Below, piece by piece: positions 44,295-54,453 of a DNA stretch of 64,000 nt (its first letter is position 1; each line of letters begins with the position of its first letter). The DNA is from a bacterium (GTDB lineage Bacteria; Patescibacteriota; Minisyncoccia; Phycocordibacterales; Phycocordibacteraceae): NCBI GenBank assembly GCA_037200965.1, contig JBBCGK010000001.1, positions 768,001-832,000 on the forward strand, read 5' to 3'. A model generated the notes under the pieces. The model saw nothing but the letters and a program-made list of their open reading frames with translations. It had not been told where the DNA came from and did not search any database. Both the position numbers and the translations under genes were made by a program.

Positions 44295-45326
44295 ATGGCT
44301 CAACAGTCGAACATGAATGACTTCTTCGACCAGCTCCCGACTCCCCCACGGGAGAAGGCGATACGCTGGGGGTTCTATGCCGGTGTGAGCTTGCTCGCGC
44401 TTGGCGTGGGACTCAAGATCATGCCTCCTGTCAACAATCTGCTCGACATGATGCTTCATGGCGCGTGGACTCTCGGCGAGATCGGTCTGGTCGGCGCCAG
44501 CATCGCAGTCGGCACAGTGGCTTTTACCAGCCTCTGGCCGTCGTACCGTCGCTTCATGGAAAGTGTCGCGCGGCGCACAACCGTCGCGATCTATGGCGAC
44601 GATCCGATCACGCCGCTCCACATGTGGCTCGCGGAAGTGAGCTCGGATTGCGAACAGATCGAAGCAGCGCAAAGTGAAGTCAGCGGCATCATCGAGGAGA
44701 ACAAGAAGGCCGCCTCTGACAATCTGACGCTGCTTGCGCAATCCGATGCCAGGTTTGCTTTCGCGGTACGGAAGCACGGCGAAGAGAGTGACCAAGCCAG
44801 AAACGCCTCCGCGGAATCTGGTGGCTACAAAGATCGGGCCGAAAATGCAGACCGCATCAACGTCCCGCTCATTGAGCTTTATGAACTGCTTGATGAGATC
44901 GCGAAAGCGAATCGTCATGTCGAGCATGAAGCCAAAATCGCCATCGAGACAGCGGAGCAGGAATGGCGTGCCGCCCTCAAGGCAGAGATTGCCATGGGCG
45001 CGGCGACTCGCACTCTCAACAAGCGCAGTGAGCGGTATGTCAACGCCACCCTGGCGTTCGGCATCATCCGCCAGAAGTACGCCGGCAACTTCGGCAAGCT
45101 TCGTTCGCTGCGTCGCCTATCGGAGCAGGCCATCAATTCGGCGGCTCTGGAAGGAGGTGTCAAACTGCAGGAATCGCTTGCCCGCCTCCGTGCGGAAAGC
45201 AAGTCGCTTCTCGGTCACGCCCCCGCGCTTGCCGTCCCGGATTTCTCCGGAAAGGGCAGGCAGAAGGTTCCGGTTCCAGCTGGTTCCGGGCCCGCGTCCC
45301 TTCGTCTGTTCGACGAAGAGAAGTGA
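44295..45326 (+). CDS. Hypothetical membrane protein (2 TM) with long cytoplasmic coiled-coil.
   Basis: TM helices at about residues 25-45 and 60-80, then a helical Glu/Ala/Arg-rich region. Resembles TelA / toxic-anion-resistance-like architecture only loosely. Confidence 0.45.
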   Translation: MAQQSNMNDFFDQLPTPPREKAIRWGFYAGVSLLALGVGLKIMPPVNNLLDMMLHGAWTLGEIGLVGASIAVGTVAFTSLWPSYRRFMESVARRTTVAIYGDDPITPLHMWLAEVSSDCEQIEAAQSEVSGIIEENKKAASDNLTLLAQSDARFAFAVRKHGEESDQARNASAESGGYKDRAENADRINVPLIELYELLDEIAKANRHVEHEAKIAIETAEQEWRAALKAEIAMGAATRTLNKRSERYVNATLAFGIIRQKYAGNFGKLRSLRRLSEQAINSAALEGGVKLQESLARLRAESKSLLGHAPALAVPDFSGKGRQKVPVPAGSGPASLRLFDEEK

Positions 45327-45369
45327 AATAACGCGTAACTCAGGAAAACAGTAACCAAGGAGAAAAGAA

Positions 45370-46926
45370 GTGGAACACCAGATTACCCTCAAAGGAAGAA
45401 TCTACCTCGGACTCGGAATCGCTGCGCTAGCGGTAATTCTGATCTGGGTCCTTCAGAACTTCATCCCGACCTCGTGGAAGGATGCAGTCACCGAGACAGT
45501 CGCGCCGGGCGGAAGCCCGACGACGCTTTCCAGTGACGGTTCGGACGTGATCAACGTCTGTGTCGTCACCTGGGGTGGCTACGTGGGTGGCGAGTACTTC
45601 AACGGCGGCTTCAAGCCGTCGGAGCAGTCCCGCTACTACAAGCAATACGGCCTGAAGGTCAAGTTCCAGATCATGGACGAGTTCGTTCCCTCGCGGGATG
45701 CGTGGAAGTCCGACAAGTGTCATCTTCTCTGGGCGACCGTCGACGCCTTCACCACGGAGGCGGCGAACCTCCAGAGAGCGGGGTACGACCCCCGGTTTGT
45801 CTTCCAGGCGGACTGGTCGCGCGGCGGCGATGCTATCGTCGTCGGCCCCGGCATCAATTCGATGCGGGACCTGCGTGGCAGGACGATTGCGGTGGCCTAC
45901 GGGACACCGTCACACACGTTCTTGCTGCGCATGCTCGAATCGGCAAACATGCAGAAAGGAGACGTCACCCTTATCGATACCGGAAGCGCTATCGATGCGG
46001 CCAAGGCGTTCCAGACGCGCAGCGCAGATGCGGCTGTGGTCTGGTCTCCGGATGACGTGGCCAGTGTCAGGGCGATTCCTGGCGCCAAGGTCCTCGTCAG
46101 TTCCAAGCAGGCATCGCACATCATCGCCGATGGCTTCTTCGCGAAGGAGGAATACATCGCGGCACACCGTGAACAACTCCAGCACCTCATCGAAGGCTGG
46201 ATGATCGGTGCCGCCGAGATCAACTCCGATCCCGCGGCGAAGCAGAAGGCTGCAACCATCCTGGCCGACGGTCTCAATCTGTCGGTCGACGATGCTCTGG
46301 CAGCCATCAACAACGTCCGGCTCACCACGTTCGGTGACAACCTGGCGTTCTTCGGCCTCGACAGCAGCTATACCGGCATGACTGGTGAACGGCTCTTCCG
46401 CGACAGCGGCGCGCTGTACCAGAAGAACGGGTACGCAAATCTGGTGCCGAGCGTGCCGGACTGGCGTACGGTCATCGACCTGAGCCTGCTGCGTAACATC
46501 AGCCTGACGGGCCCGGAACATGCGGCCGAAAGCACGGTTCGTTTTGCCGTGCCGACGACCGCAGATGTCAAGGCCAATGCCTTCTCGTCGAAGGCGCTGT
46601 CGGTCCAGTTCTCAATCGGGTCCGCAGTGCTGACTGACGAGGCGAAGGCGAACATCGCGACCAACTTCGTGCCGACGGCACAGTCGTTCGCGAATGCGCG
46701 CATTCGTATCGAAGGCAACACCGACAGCACGGGCAGCCGTGCGATCAATGTCGATCTGTCCCGCCGGCGTGCCCAGGCAGTCGCAGACTACCTGGGCAGC
46801 TTCGGTTTCGATCCCAACCGCTTCATCGTGGCGGGGAACGGGCCGGACAAGCCAGCATGTGGTACGAGCGATGCCGGGTGCCTGGCACAGAATCGTCGTA
46901 CCGACTTCGAGCTGCTGAACAACTAG
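45370..46926 (+). CDS. Fusion protein: ABC substrate-binding protein (NMT1/SsuA-like) + C-terminal OmpA-like peptidoglycan-binding domain.
   Basis: N-terminal TM/signal, then an SBP-like domain (VCVVTWGGYVGGEYF ... RGRTIAVAYGTPSHTFLL ... VVWSPD). C-terminal NTDSTGSRAINVDLSRRRAQAVADYL...RRTDFELL matches the OmpA C-terminal motif (NxxLSxxRA). Immediately upstream of the cognate permease and ATPase. Confidence 0.65.
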   Translation: MEHQITLKGRIYLGLGIAALAVILIWVLQNFIPTSWKDAVTETVAPGGSPTTLSSDGSDVINVCVVTWGGYVGGEYFNGGFKPSEQSRYYKQYGLKVKFQIMDEFVPSRDAWKSDKCHLLWATVDAFTTEAANLQRAGYDPRFVFQADWSRGGDAIVVGPGINSMRDLRGRTIAVAYGTPSHTFLLRMLESANMQKGDVTLIDTGSAIDAAKAFQTRSADAAVVWSPDDVASVRAIPGAKVLVSSKQASHIIADGFFAKEEYIAAHREQLQHLIEGWMIGAAEINSDPAAKQKAATILADGLNLSVDDALAAINNVRLTTFGDNLAFFGLDSSYTGMTGERLFRDSGALYQKNGYANLVPSVPDWRTVIDLSLLRNISLTGPEHAAESTVRFAVPTTADVKANAFSSKALSVQFSIGSAVLTDEAKANIATNFVPTAQSFANARIRIEGNTDSTGSRAINVDLSRRRAQAVADYLGSFGFDPNRFIVAGNGPDKPACGTSDAGCLAQNRRTDFELLNN

Positions 46927-47004
46927 ACGCAGCTTGAATAGCTTGAGCCTTGGGGGAGGTGGTCGAGAGATCACCTCCCCTTTCTGTTAGAGGAGACAAA
47001 GGGT

Positions 47005-47811
47005 ATGCAAGAGAGGCTGACGAATTTGTTCGAGTTGCGCGGTAACGCGTCGGCTCGGCAAAATACGTTGCTTGGCATCGTGGGAGTGTCCCTCTGGTTG
47101 TTCTCATGGTGGCTCTTCGCCACCCTCGGGATTCTGCCGCGGCAGATTGCTCCCGGACCGTTTGAGGTCCTCGGGGTGGTACCGGACATGCACTTCCATG
47201 ACATGCTTGTGCGCAATGTCTGGTTTAGCTTCGAGATGAATCTCCTGGCGACCTTCATTGCGATCGTGATCAGTGTACCCATGGGGCTGGCGCTGGGCCT
47301 GCTGCCGTTCTTCCGCGGCATGTCCACGCCATTCTTCGTCGGGCTGCGCTTTCTGCCGCTGCCAGTGGCCACGATCCTGTTCATGGCGTGGCTGGGTATC
47401 GGCTACACCATGAAAACGGCCTTCCTCACGGTGGCCATTGCCGTCTATCTGGTGCCAACCGTGATCCAGCGGGTCGACGAAGTGCGTCAAGTCTATGTCG
47501 ACACGGTGCGGACACTCGGCGCGAATGAATGGCAGCTGGTCCGCTACGTCTATCTTCCCGATGTGTTCTCGCGCGTCTGGGACGATATCGTGATCCTGGT
47601 CGGTCTCTCGTGGACCTACATCAGTTTCATCGAGCTCATCAACAAAGGCGAGGGCGGCATCGGCGCGCTGATCTATTCGGCTCAACGCACCCATAGCATG
47701 GAGAAGTACTATGCACTCCTGCTGATCATTATGTTCGTGGCGTTCATCCAGACAGCCATCTTCAAACTGATCGGCCGGGTGCTCTTCCCCTATAAGCGCA
47801 TCGGAGGCTAG
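47005..47811 (+). CDS. ABC transporter permease (SsuC/TauC-like).
   Basis: 6 TM helices, a conserved EAA-like loop, and operon context. Confidence 0.8.
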   Translation: MQERLTNLFELRGNASARQNTLLGIVGVSLWLFSWWLFATLGILPRQIAPGPFEVLGVVPDMHFHDMLVRNVWFSFEMNLLATFIAIVISVPMGLALGLLPFFRGMSTPFFVGLRFLPLPVATILFMAWLGIGYTMKTAFLTVAIAVYLVPTVIQRVDEVRQVYVDTVRTLGANEWQLVRYVYLPDVFSRVWDDIVILVGLSWTYISFIELINKGEGGIGALIYSAQRTHSMEKYYALLLIIMFVAFIQTAIFKLIGRVLFPYKRIGG

Positions 47812-47813
47812 CC

Positions 47814-48617
47814 ATGACTGGTGTGGAATTCGTCAACACCGACCTCCCCGATATCATCGAATTGCGGGGGGTTACCCAGCGCTATGGGCAGAGGACGGTT
47901 CTGGACGGACTCAACCTGCTCATTGAAGACAAACCCGATCAGGGCCAGTTCGTAGTCCTGCTCGGCATCTCCGGCTCCGGCAAGTCAACGATCTTCCGCT
48001 ATCTCAATGGTCTGCAGACGCCGACCAGCGGGGCGGTGCTGATCAAGGGCAAGCCGGTGTCAGAGTATGGTGCGGTCAGTACGGTATTCCAGGACTATTC
48101 GTCCTTGCCGTGGCGGACCGTGCTTCAAAACGTCGAACTTCCGCTCGTCTTCAAAAGCGTGAAGAAGAGGGAACGGCGTGAGCGGGCGCTCGAGATAATC
48201 GCCCGTGTGGGACTTAAGGGTCACGAGCATAAATACGCTCGTACCCCGACGCTCTCCGGCGGCCAGCTGCAGCGGGTCGCTATCGCGAGAAGCTTGATTG
48301 CAAATCCGGAGATCATCCTGATGGATGAACCTTTCGGCGCGCTTGACGGCATCACCCGCTTCGAAATGCAGCAGCTGCTCGCTGATCTGTGGAAGACTTC
48401 GCAGTCGACCATCGTCTTCGTCACGCATGACCAGCAAGAAGCGGTCTTCCTGGGCGACGACATCTATGTGCTGGATCCGCGGATCGGCAAGATCGGTTCG
48501 CGTATCCGTGTGGATCTTCCGCTCGTGCGGGACCTTTCCACCAAACGTGACCCGCGCTTCATGCAGCTGGTCACCGAGGTAGATATGGCTCTGATGGAGA
48601 CCAGTCTGCCGCGCTAA
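47814..48617 (+). CDS. ABC transporter ATP-binding protein (SsuB/TauB-like).
   Basis: Walker [10 protein letters not shown], signature [14 protein letters not shown], Walker [12 protein letters not shown]. Confidence 0.9.
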   Translation: MTGVEFVNTDLPDIIELRGVTQRYGQRTVLDGLNLLIEDKPDQGQFVVLLGISGSGKSTIFRYLNGLQTPTSGAVLIKGKPVSEYGAVSTVFQDYSSLPWRTVLQNVELPLVFKSVKKRERRERALEIIARVGLKGHEHKYARTPTLSGGQLQRVAIARSLIANPEIILMDEPFGALDGITRFEMQQLLADLWKTSQSTIVFVTHDQQEAVFLGDDIYVLDPRIGKIGSRIRVDLPLVRDLSTKRDPRFMQLVTEVDMALMETSLPR

Positions 48618-48646
48618 GAATTGTTATTTCTACTGCACCTTCAGAA

Positions 48647-48678
48647 GGCGGAGCCGCAAGCTCCGCTTTTCTTTTTAT
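48647..48678 (+). terminator. Rho-independent terminator after the ABC operon.
   Basis: GGCGGAGC-CGCAA-GCTCCGC followed by TTTTCTTTTTAT. Confidence 0.65.
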
Positions 48679-48882
48679 ATTGTTCCCTAACTTTCCTGCA
48701 CACAGCCGAGAGGACCTCGTTCCTTGGAGGCGGGTATTGGGGTTTGGGTCCCTGTCGGGCAGCCAAATCATGCGAGGTTGCTGCGCTCGAGACGCGCTGT
48801 TTTTAGCTAATTCGATTTGCCAAATAAAGTAAGAAAAGGTCTGGGAGCTTTTAGTTCTAACAAGAAATGGTAATCCAAACTC

Positions 48883-49212
48883 TTATACGGACAGGAATTT
48901 TGCTATATTAAATTTCTCATTCTGATTAAGCGCTGAGTCCAGGAAAGTAAAGGCTTCGTTATGCTTTATAATCGCCGCTGCAATTACCTTCTGTAATTCA
49001 TTAAGAATTTCTGCTGGCAAGTGTCCAATCTTACGATATTTTTCTAGAAGCTGCTTTTCGCTTACATATGCTCGTGTAGGATTATAAAACCAGCCACGAT
49101 TATCTGTATATTCTATATAATAACAACCACCAGTACTATCCTTTGTCGTGATTATACGGGACTCGCCAAACTCACTTCGAACCACATCTCCTACCAAAAG
49201 TTCTTTCTTCAT
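48883..49212 (-). CDS. Hypothetical protein (AT-rich orphan).
   Basis: 109-aa ORF in a distinctly AT-rich segment. No known motif. Confidence 0.4.
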   Translation of the reverse strand: MKKELLVGDVVRSEFGESRIITTKDSTGGCYYIEYTDNRGWFYNPTRAYVSEKQLLEKYRKIGHLPAEILNELQKVIAAAIIKHNEAFTFLDSALNQNEKFNIAKFLSV

Positions 49213-49411
49213 ATGATTATCTTGATTAGAATTCTATTCCTTTAAATTCTCTTTGCAATGGCTCTGGATAGTGCACGAGACGCGTCGTTTGGATAGTGTA
49301 AATGGAGTCAATCCGACTAAACGGGGCTTAACCATCCACGGTTCTAACACGAGACGGCCAGTCCGTAACTTCTAAGGCCCGTTCACAGTTAGATGTACTA
49401 TAACCGCAACT

Positions 49412-49669
49412 ATGCCTTTCAAATCAAAATGGGGCTCATACCTTGCCTTGGGCGTAACCGCTCTCCTGCTGTCTCGCGGAATGTTTGCCGCTTTCAACGA
49501 TCCTGAGGGCCCGAATCTGCTTATTGTCGTAGGGATGGCAGCGATCATATATTCCTTATCGCTCACGGTATACGCGTTCGGCTCTCCTGCTGCTGATCTC
49601 AAGAAACTCCTGTCAGCGGTTCTTATTCAAATGCTTCTGGTTATAAGTCTCTATGTTCTGTTGGGCTAG
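49412..49669 (+). CDS. Small membrane protein (3 TM), hypothetical.
   Basis: 85 aa, hydrophobic. Confidence 0.35.
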   Translation: MPFKSKWGSYLALGVTALLLSRGMFAAFNDPEGPNLLIVVGMAAIIYSLSLTVYAFGSPAADLKKLLSAVLIQMLLVISLYVLLG

Positions 49670-49719
49670 AGTCCTGACATTGTTCCAAACAGCCGCCTAA
49701 GCCATTTCTCCCGCTTACC

Positions 49720-50181
49720 ATGCAACTTACTTTCGAAAGGTTCGACATGGCAACCGAGGAAAACGAATACCTGGAGCTTATCGACGACAACCTACGCGTC
49801 ATCCGGGGAACGTTCGTACACTTCTTTTTGAGGAACGGCGAGAAAAAGCGGCTCCGGAAGTTCCTGCGAGGCTCCGCGCTGCTCACTATCAAGGTGAATG
49901 GGGAATTGGCTGGATTCATCGCGTACACCCTTATCAACAACGGGTCAACGGCATACATCGAACGGTTCAACCTGAAAGCGCGGTTTAGAGGACAGGGTTT
50001 CGGAACCCGAACGCTTGAATTCGTGGAAACTAAAGCGAGAGAGTCCGGATGCTCAAGACTGGAGCTCGCCGTGCAAGCCAGCAATCCGGCGCTTCGGTTA
50101 TATAAGAGATTCGGCTTTAAGGAAACCGGATTTTTCCGCGGGGTGTGCTGGTGGATATACAATATGAGAAAGGAGCTTTGA
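49720..50181 (+). CDS. GNAT family N-acetyltransferase.
   Basis: Motif A region RFRGQGFGTRTL and the C-terminal LYKRFGF. The start may instead be the ATG at 49750. Confidence 0.75.
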   Translation: MQLTFERFDMATEENEYLELIDDNLRVIRGTFVHFFLRNGEKKRLRKFLRGSALLTIKVNGELAGFIAYTLINNGSTAYIERFNLKARFRGQGFGTRTLEFVETKARESGCSRLELAVQASNPALRLYKRFGFKETGFFRGVCWWIYNMRKEL

Positions 50182-50271
50182 TCAGGCGATCTCACGCTAT
50201 CAGCACCGGAAAACAAAAACAGTGCAGGTCCGGGCTGGACCTGCACTGCTCTGCACTTGCGCGGAGGATGT

Positions 50272-50736
50272 TTACGGTTTGATCATTTCGTACAGTTCCA
50301 TGACTTGCCGATGGCGTTGCGGCGTGCCGTCGTCAAGCAGCAAGCGCGGACCTCTCCATGGGTCTCCGCCACCGTTGTCGAGTTGGATAGCGTTCATCAG
50401 GCCGACTGGCTCAAAGAGCGGCAACACCAAGATCATGCTGCTGCCTCCGAACGGGCTTCCGACCGTGGCTACCGCCATAGGCTGCCACTCCCTGAGAGGA
50501 AAGGGGAACCACCCGATGGCGGTGATATCCAGAAAATGCCGGGTTTTCCAGCCGTTGACGACCGCCTTCACGTCCAGGTATTTCCCGAGCGGAAGCGCGT
50601 TTTCGACAAGCTCCCGATCCGCCGCGGAAGGGTTGGCATGCATTCGTTTGGTGGCTGCGGCAACGGCCTCGCTATGAGCAGCCATCAATTCGTAGGCCCG
50701 CGGGCCGAACGGGTCGGCCGGATATGAAGTTTTCAT
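50272..50736 (-). CDS. Hypothetical protein.
   Basis: 154-aa ORF with host-like codon usage; unknown family. Confidence 0.4.
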   Translation of the reverse strand: MKTSYPADPFGPRAYELMAAHSEAVAAATKRMHANPSAADRELVENALPLGKYLDVKAVVNGWKTRHFLDITAIGWFPFPLREWQPMAVATVGSPFGGSSMILVLPLFEPVGLMNAIQLDNGGGDPWRGPRLLLDDGTPQRHRQVMELYEMIKP

Positions 50737-50961
50737 GGGAACAGTTCCTTCTAGGGTGCCGAACCGCAGGATACCTTATTTTATTGCGTAATCAAATTCT
50801 ACCGAGCCCGCTTATGCACCCGCTAAAGACGCATGACGTACTAAAAGGCTATTTGCCGGATTCGATATCCCGAACGGCACCACTTTAACTTTCCTTTAAG
50901 TCGCCCCTGCTATAAGGGAAGGGCCTCTTAAAGACGCCGTTATCCCTAATCCTCCTGGCAC

Positions 50962-51540
50962 ATGGAATCAAAAACGACTCCGGATTTCCGCAGCATATTC
51001 GAATCCCTCCCCGAAAACTATCTCATCCTGCTGCCCGACACGCCCCATTTCACCATCGTCGCGGTAAGCGACGCGTACGCGAAAGCCACAAAGACGGTGC
51101 GCGAGCAGATTCTGGGGAAGGGCCTGTTTGAGGTTTTTCCGGATAATCCGAACGACCCGAAAGCGACCGGCGTCGCGAACCTCACGGCCTCCCTCAACCG
51201 CGTGCTCGTCAACAGGACGATCGATTTCATGGCGATACAGAAATACGACATTCCGCGCCCGGAACGGGGGCCGGGAGTCTTCGAGGAGCGCTATTGGAGT
51301 CCTGATAATTCCCCCATATGCGGCGAGGACGGCTCCGTCACGTATATCATCCATCACGTCACTGACGTCACGGAGCAGGAAATGCTCCTTCGCATGTACG
51401 GAGGGAGCCAGACCGACGGGAAAGAGGCGGGCGCGGGACATATCACGCAGGTGAAGAGGATGGAAAAGATCATGATCGAGCGCGAGGTGAAAATGTCGGA
51501 ACTCAAGAAAGAGATCGAGGCGCTCAAAGGAAAGCAATGA
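50962..51540 (+). CDS. Stand-alone PAS domain protein with C-terminal coiled-coil.
   Basis: PAS-like fold pattern (FRSIFESLPENYLILLPD ... RYWSPDNSPICGEDGSVTYIIHHVTDVTEQ), then a helical tail. The stop overlaps the next start (ATGA). Confidence 0.6.
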   Translation: MESKTTPDFRSIFESLPENYLILLPDTPHFTIVAVSDAYAKATKTVREQILGKGLFEVFPDNPNDPKATGVANLTASLNRVLVNRTIDFMAIQKYDIPRPERGPGVFEERYWSPDNSPICGEDGSVTYIIHHVTDVTEQEMLLRMYGGSQTDGKEAGAGHITQVKRMEKIMIEREVKMSELKKEIEALKGKQ

Positions 51541-53051
51541 CGGGGAACGAGCCGCGGATCGACTACCGCTCCCTCTTCGATCATATGATCGAGGGATGCC
51601 AGATCATCGACCCCGGTTTCCGGTATCTCTACGTGAACGAGGCGGTCGCGCGGCAGGGCAGGCACACGAAGGAAGAGCTCGTGGGGCGCACCATGATGGA
51701 AATGTACCCGGGCATCGAACGGACGGAGATGTTCTCGCATTTGCGAACCTGCATGGAGAGGCATACGCCGCAGCGCCTGGAGAACGAGTTCGTGTTTCCC
51801 GACGGAAACAAAGGATGGTTCGCGCTTCTCATAGAGCCGATACCGGAAGGCGCGTTCATCTTTTCCCTGGACATCACTGAACGCAAGCTCATCGAGCACG
51901 ACCTTGAGGACGCGAAAATAGCGGCCCGGAACATCATTGACGATCTCGCGCAGGAAAAAGAGCGGGCGCAAGGAATCGCGGAAGAACTCGAGAAGTTCAA
52001 GCTGGCGGTCGACGGGGTATCGGAACATATCGTCATCACCGACCCCGAAGGGATCATCCTGTTTGCGAACCCCGCAGCGGAACGCATCACCGGATTTACC
52101 CGAGCGGAAATCCTCGGAAAGAAATCGGGGAGCCGAGAGCTCTGGGGAGGGCTCATGGACACCGACTTCTATCGCACCCTCTGGCAGACGATAAAGGTCG
52201 AGAAGAAGACCTTCTCGGGCGAAATCAAAAACCACCGCAAAAGCGGGGAAGAATACGACGCCCACACGGTCATTTCACCTATTCTCGATGACGAAGGCGG
52301 GGTGGAGTTCTTCGTGGCCATCGAGCGGGACATCACGAAGGAGAAGGAGGTCGACAAAGCGAAGAGCGAATTCGTCTCGCTCGCCTCGCATCAGCTCCGG
52401 ACCCCGCTCACGAGCATCAACTGGTACAGCGAGATGCTCCTTGGGGACGAAGTCGCCAAGACCGCCAGGCGGCAGGATGAGTATCTGGCAAAGATCCATG
52501 CGGGAAGCCAGAGGATGGTCGTGCTCGTCGATGCGCTTCTCGACGTATCCCGCATCGAACTCGGGACGCTCCAGACCGAGCTCAAGCCGGTTTCGGTGAC
52601 CGGGCTTCTCGGGGACGTGATCGGCGAGCAGAAGCCCCAGATAGACGCCAAGCGCATCACGGTCGCCACCGATTTCCCCAAGCAGGTGCCCGTCCTTGAG
52701 ACCGATCCGAGCCGCGTCCGCATGATATTCCAAAACCTCCTTTCGAACGGGATAAAATACACTCCCTCCGGCGGACGGATCAGTATTTCGGTGTCTTTGG
52801 AGGATAGCCGCAATGTGCGGGTCGTCTTCTCCGATACCGGATACGGCATACCAAAAAAAGACCAGGACAAGATATTCACGAAAATGTTCCGCGCGGACAA
52901 TATAAAAACGAAGGGCGAGGACGGAACGGGCCTCGGACTCTATATCGTCAAATCGGTGCTTACGGCCCTTGGCGGTTCGGTCAGGTTCGAGTCCGAAGAA
53001 AACAAGGGAACGACCTTTTATGTCACGCTCCCGCTTGCGGTGCGGCAATGA
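51537..53051 (+). CDS. Cytoplasmic PAS/PAC sensor histidine kinase (two PAS + HisKA + HATPase_c).
   Basis: Two PAS segments, HisKA H-box SLASHQLRTPLTSI, and HATPase_c (NLLSNGIKYTP ... DTGYGIP ... GTGLGLYIVKSV). Confidence 0.85.
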   Translation: MTGNEPRIDYRSLFDHMIEGCQIIDPGFRYLYVNEAVARQGRHTKEELVGRTMMEMYPGIERTEMFSHLRTCMERHTPQRLENEFVFPDGNKGWFALLIEPIPEGAFIFSLDITERKLIEHDLEDAKIAARNIIDDLAQEKERAQGIAEELEKFKLAVDGVSEHIVITDPEGIILFANPAAERITGFTRAEILGKKSGSRELWGGLMDTDFYRTLWQTIKVEKKTFSGEIKNHRKSGEEYDAHTVISPILDDEGGVEFFVAIERDITKEKEVDKAKSEFVSLASHQLRTPLTSINWYSEMLLGDEVAKTARRQDEYLAKIHAGSQRMVVLVDALLDVSRIELGTLQTELKPVSVTGLLGDVIGEQKPQIDAKRITVATDFPKQVPVLETDPSRVRMIFQNLLSNGIKYTPSGGRISISVSLEDSRNVRVVFSDTGYGIPKKDQDKIFTKMFRADNIKTKGEDGTGLGLYIVKSVLTALGGSVRFESEENKGTTFYVTLPLAVRQ

Positions 53052-53117
53052 GCCTGGAAGGCATGCCACCAAGAGCCTAAGAAGGCTGCAGCAAGACCGA
53101 ATAAAAAGAAAAGGAGG

Positions 53118-53564
53118 TCATACAAGACCTCCAGTTCGCGTTAACAGCCGATTGATCGCTTCGCCCGCGCGCTCTTCGGCATCCGGATCCTCTTCTTCCA
53201 TCCGTTCGTGCTCGAGCAATGCGAGAAAGCCCCTGAACCCGCCTTCCGGGTCACCGGACGTTATGGCTTCTTTAAGCAGGTCGCCGATGTCCCCAACCGA
53301 TTCTTGTCGTCGTTTTTCGCTTTGTACCGCGAACTCGACAATATCGTCCGGGACCTCTGTTTCGCCGACGAGCTGATAGTTCTGCTCCAGATGCTGGATG
53401 GTTGGAATGAAACCTCCATTCACCTGGTAATACCCGTCAGTGCGAAATGCCGCCACAACCCACTTCTCGGCCCCGTTTTTCATGACGAAGACTTGAATAT
53501 GAACTGCCGGAACATAGAGACACCGACGTCCGGTCGCCGTCTCAATCAAGATTTGCGCACGCAT
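53118..53564 (-). CDS. Hypothetical acidic protein.
   Basis: 148 aa, Glu/Asp-rich C-terminus, followed on the minus strand by a hairpin and T-run. Confidence 0.4.
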   Translation of the reverse strand: MRAQILIETATGRRCLYVPAVHIQVFVMKNGAEKWVVAAFRTDGYYQVNGGFIPTIQHLEQNYQLVGETEVPDDIVEFAVQSEKRRQESVGDIGDLLKEAITSGDPEGGFRGFLALLEHERMEEEDPDAEERAGEAINRLLTRTGGLV

Positions 53565-53677
53565 GATGACGCTCCCACAGTTGCCGCCGATCGGACTGTA
53601 TCATATCTAACCCGCTTTAGGCTACCCTGATCCTATTCAAAGTATTTACCGCTCGAGAATCGTGTTACACTTTTAAT

Positions 53678-53968
53678 ATGAAAACAGCTTTGATCGCGCT
53701 TATAGCGCTCGTTATTATCGGAGGCGGCTATTATTGGTATTCTCACGCAACTACCGCCGAAACATCGTACCCTTCGGATGAAAACGGTGCGCCAGCGCAG
53801 GGCAAGCTCAATATCAATGTCGTGTGCGAAGGAGCGCTCGCATACATGACATTCCCCGACGGGGAAAGCGCACAGAAGTTCGTTGCGGAATGCAAGGCGG
53901 GAGAGCATCCGGAAGTCATCGAGCGCTACAAAGCCGAGATGCATCTCGGGGAAGGGGCGGCGATATAA
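53678..53968 (+). CDS. Small signal-anchored hypothetical protein.
   Basis: N-terminal TM (LIALIALVIIGGGYYWY); 96 aa. Confidence 0.4.
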   Translation: MKTALIALIALVIIGGGYYWYSHATTAETSYPSDENGAPAQGKLNINVVCEGALAYMTFPDGESAQKFVAECKAGEHPEVIERYKAEMHLGEGAAI

Positions 53969-54039
53969 CCCGGTGCTATACATACGCGGCTTCTTGGGGC
54001 TGGCCGGCTAGGGTGCGATAAGCGTCCTGTCCCGGTGTT

Positions 54040-54429
54040 ATGCTTATGACCATGAGCACCGACATGCGGATAAACGTGCTCCTGCTCACGTCGTTCGTCC
54101 TCGCCCTCCTGCTTTTGTTGTGGGGCGGTTTCAAGGAGACCGAGACGATGCAGATCGTGAGTCTCGTGACGACCCTTTCCGTCACGATGGCCGGTTTCGG
54201 CATAGTGGCGTTCCAAATCGGGAAGTCATCGAACGAGCTGCGAAGCGATTTCATCGAGACCAGCACCCTGCTTCTTCTGAGCACGCTTTCCGGCTTCTTC
54301 TATCTCGTCTATCCGGACAAGACGGTCTTTTCCTTCAATTTCGGGGAGGCCAGCATATTCATATTCTTTTGGGCGTTCATCCTGTTTCTCATCATTTTAG
54401 TGGACCGGAGATTCAACCTATTAACCTAA
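54040..54429 (+). CDS. Hypothetical 4-TM membrane protein.
   Basis: Four hydrophobic helices. Confidence 0.4.
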   Translation: MLMTMSTDMRINVLLLTSFVLALLLLLWGGFKETETMQIVSLVTTLSVTMAGFGIVAFQIGKSSNELRSDFIETSTLLLLSTLSGFFYLVYPDKTVFSFNFGEASIFIFFWAFILFLIILVDRRFNLLT

Positions 54430-54453
54430 TTAGCCCCAGGCGTGCCGCCGTAT

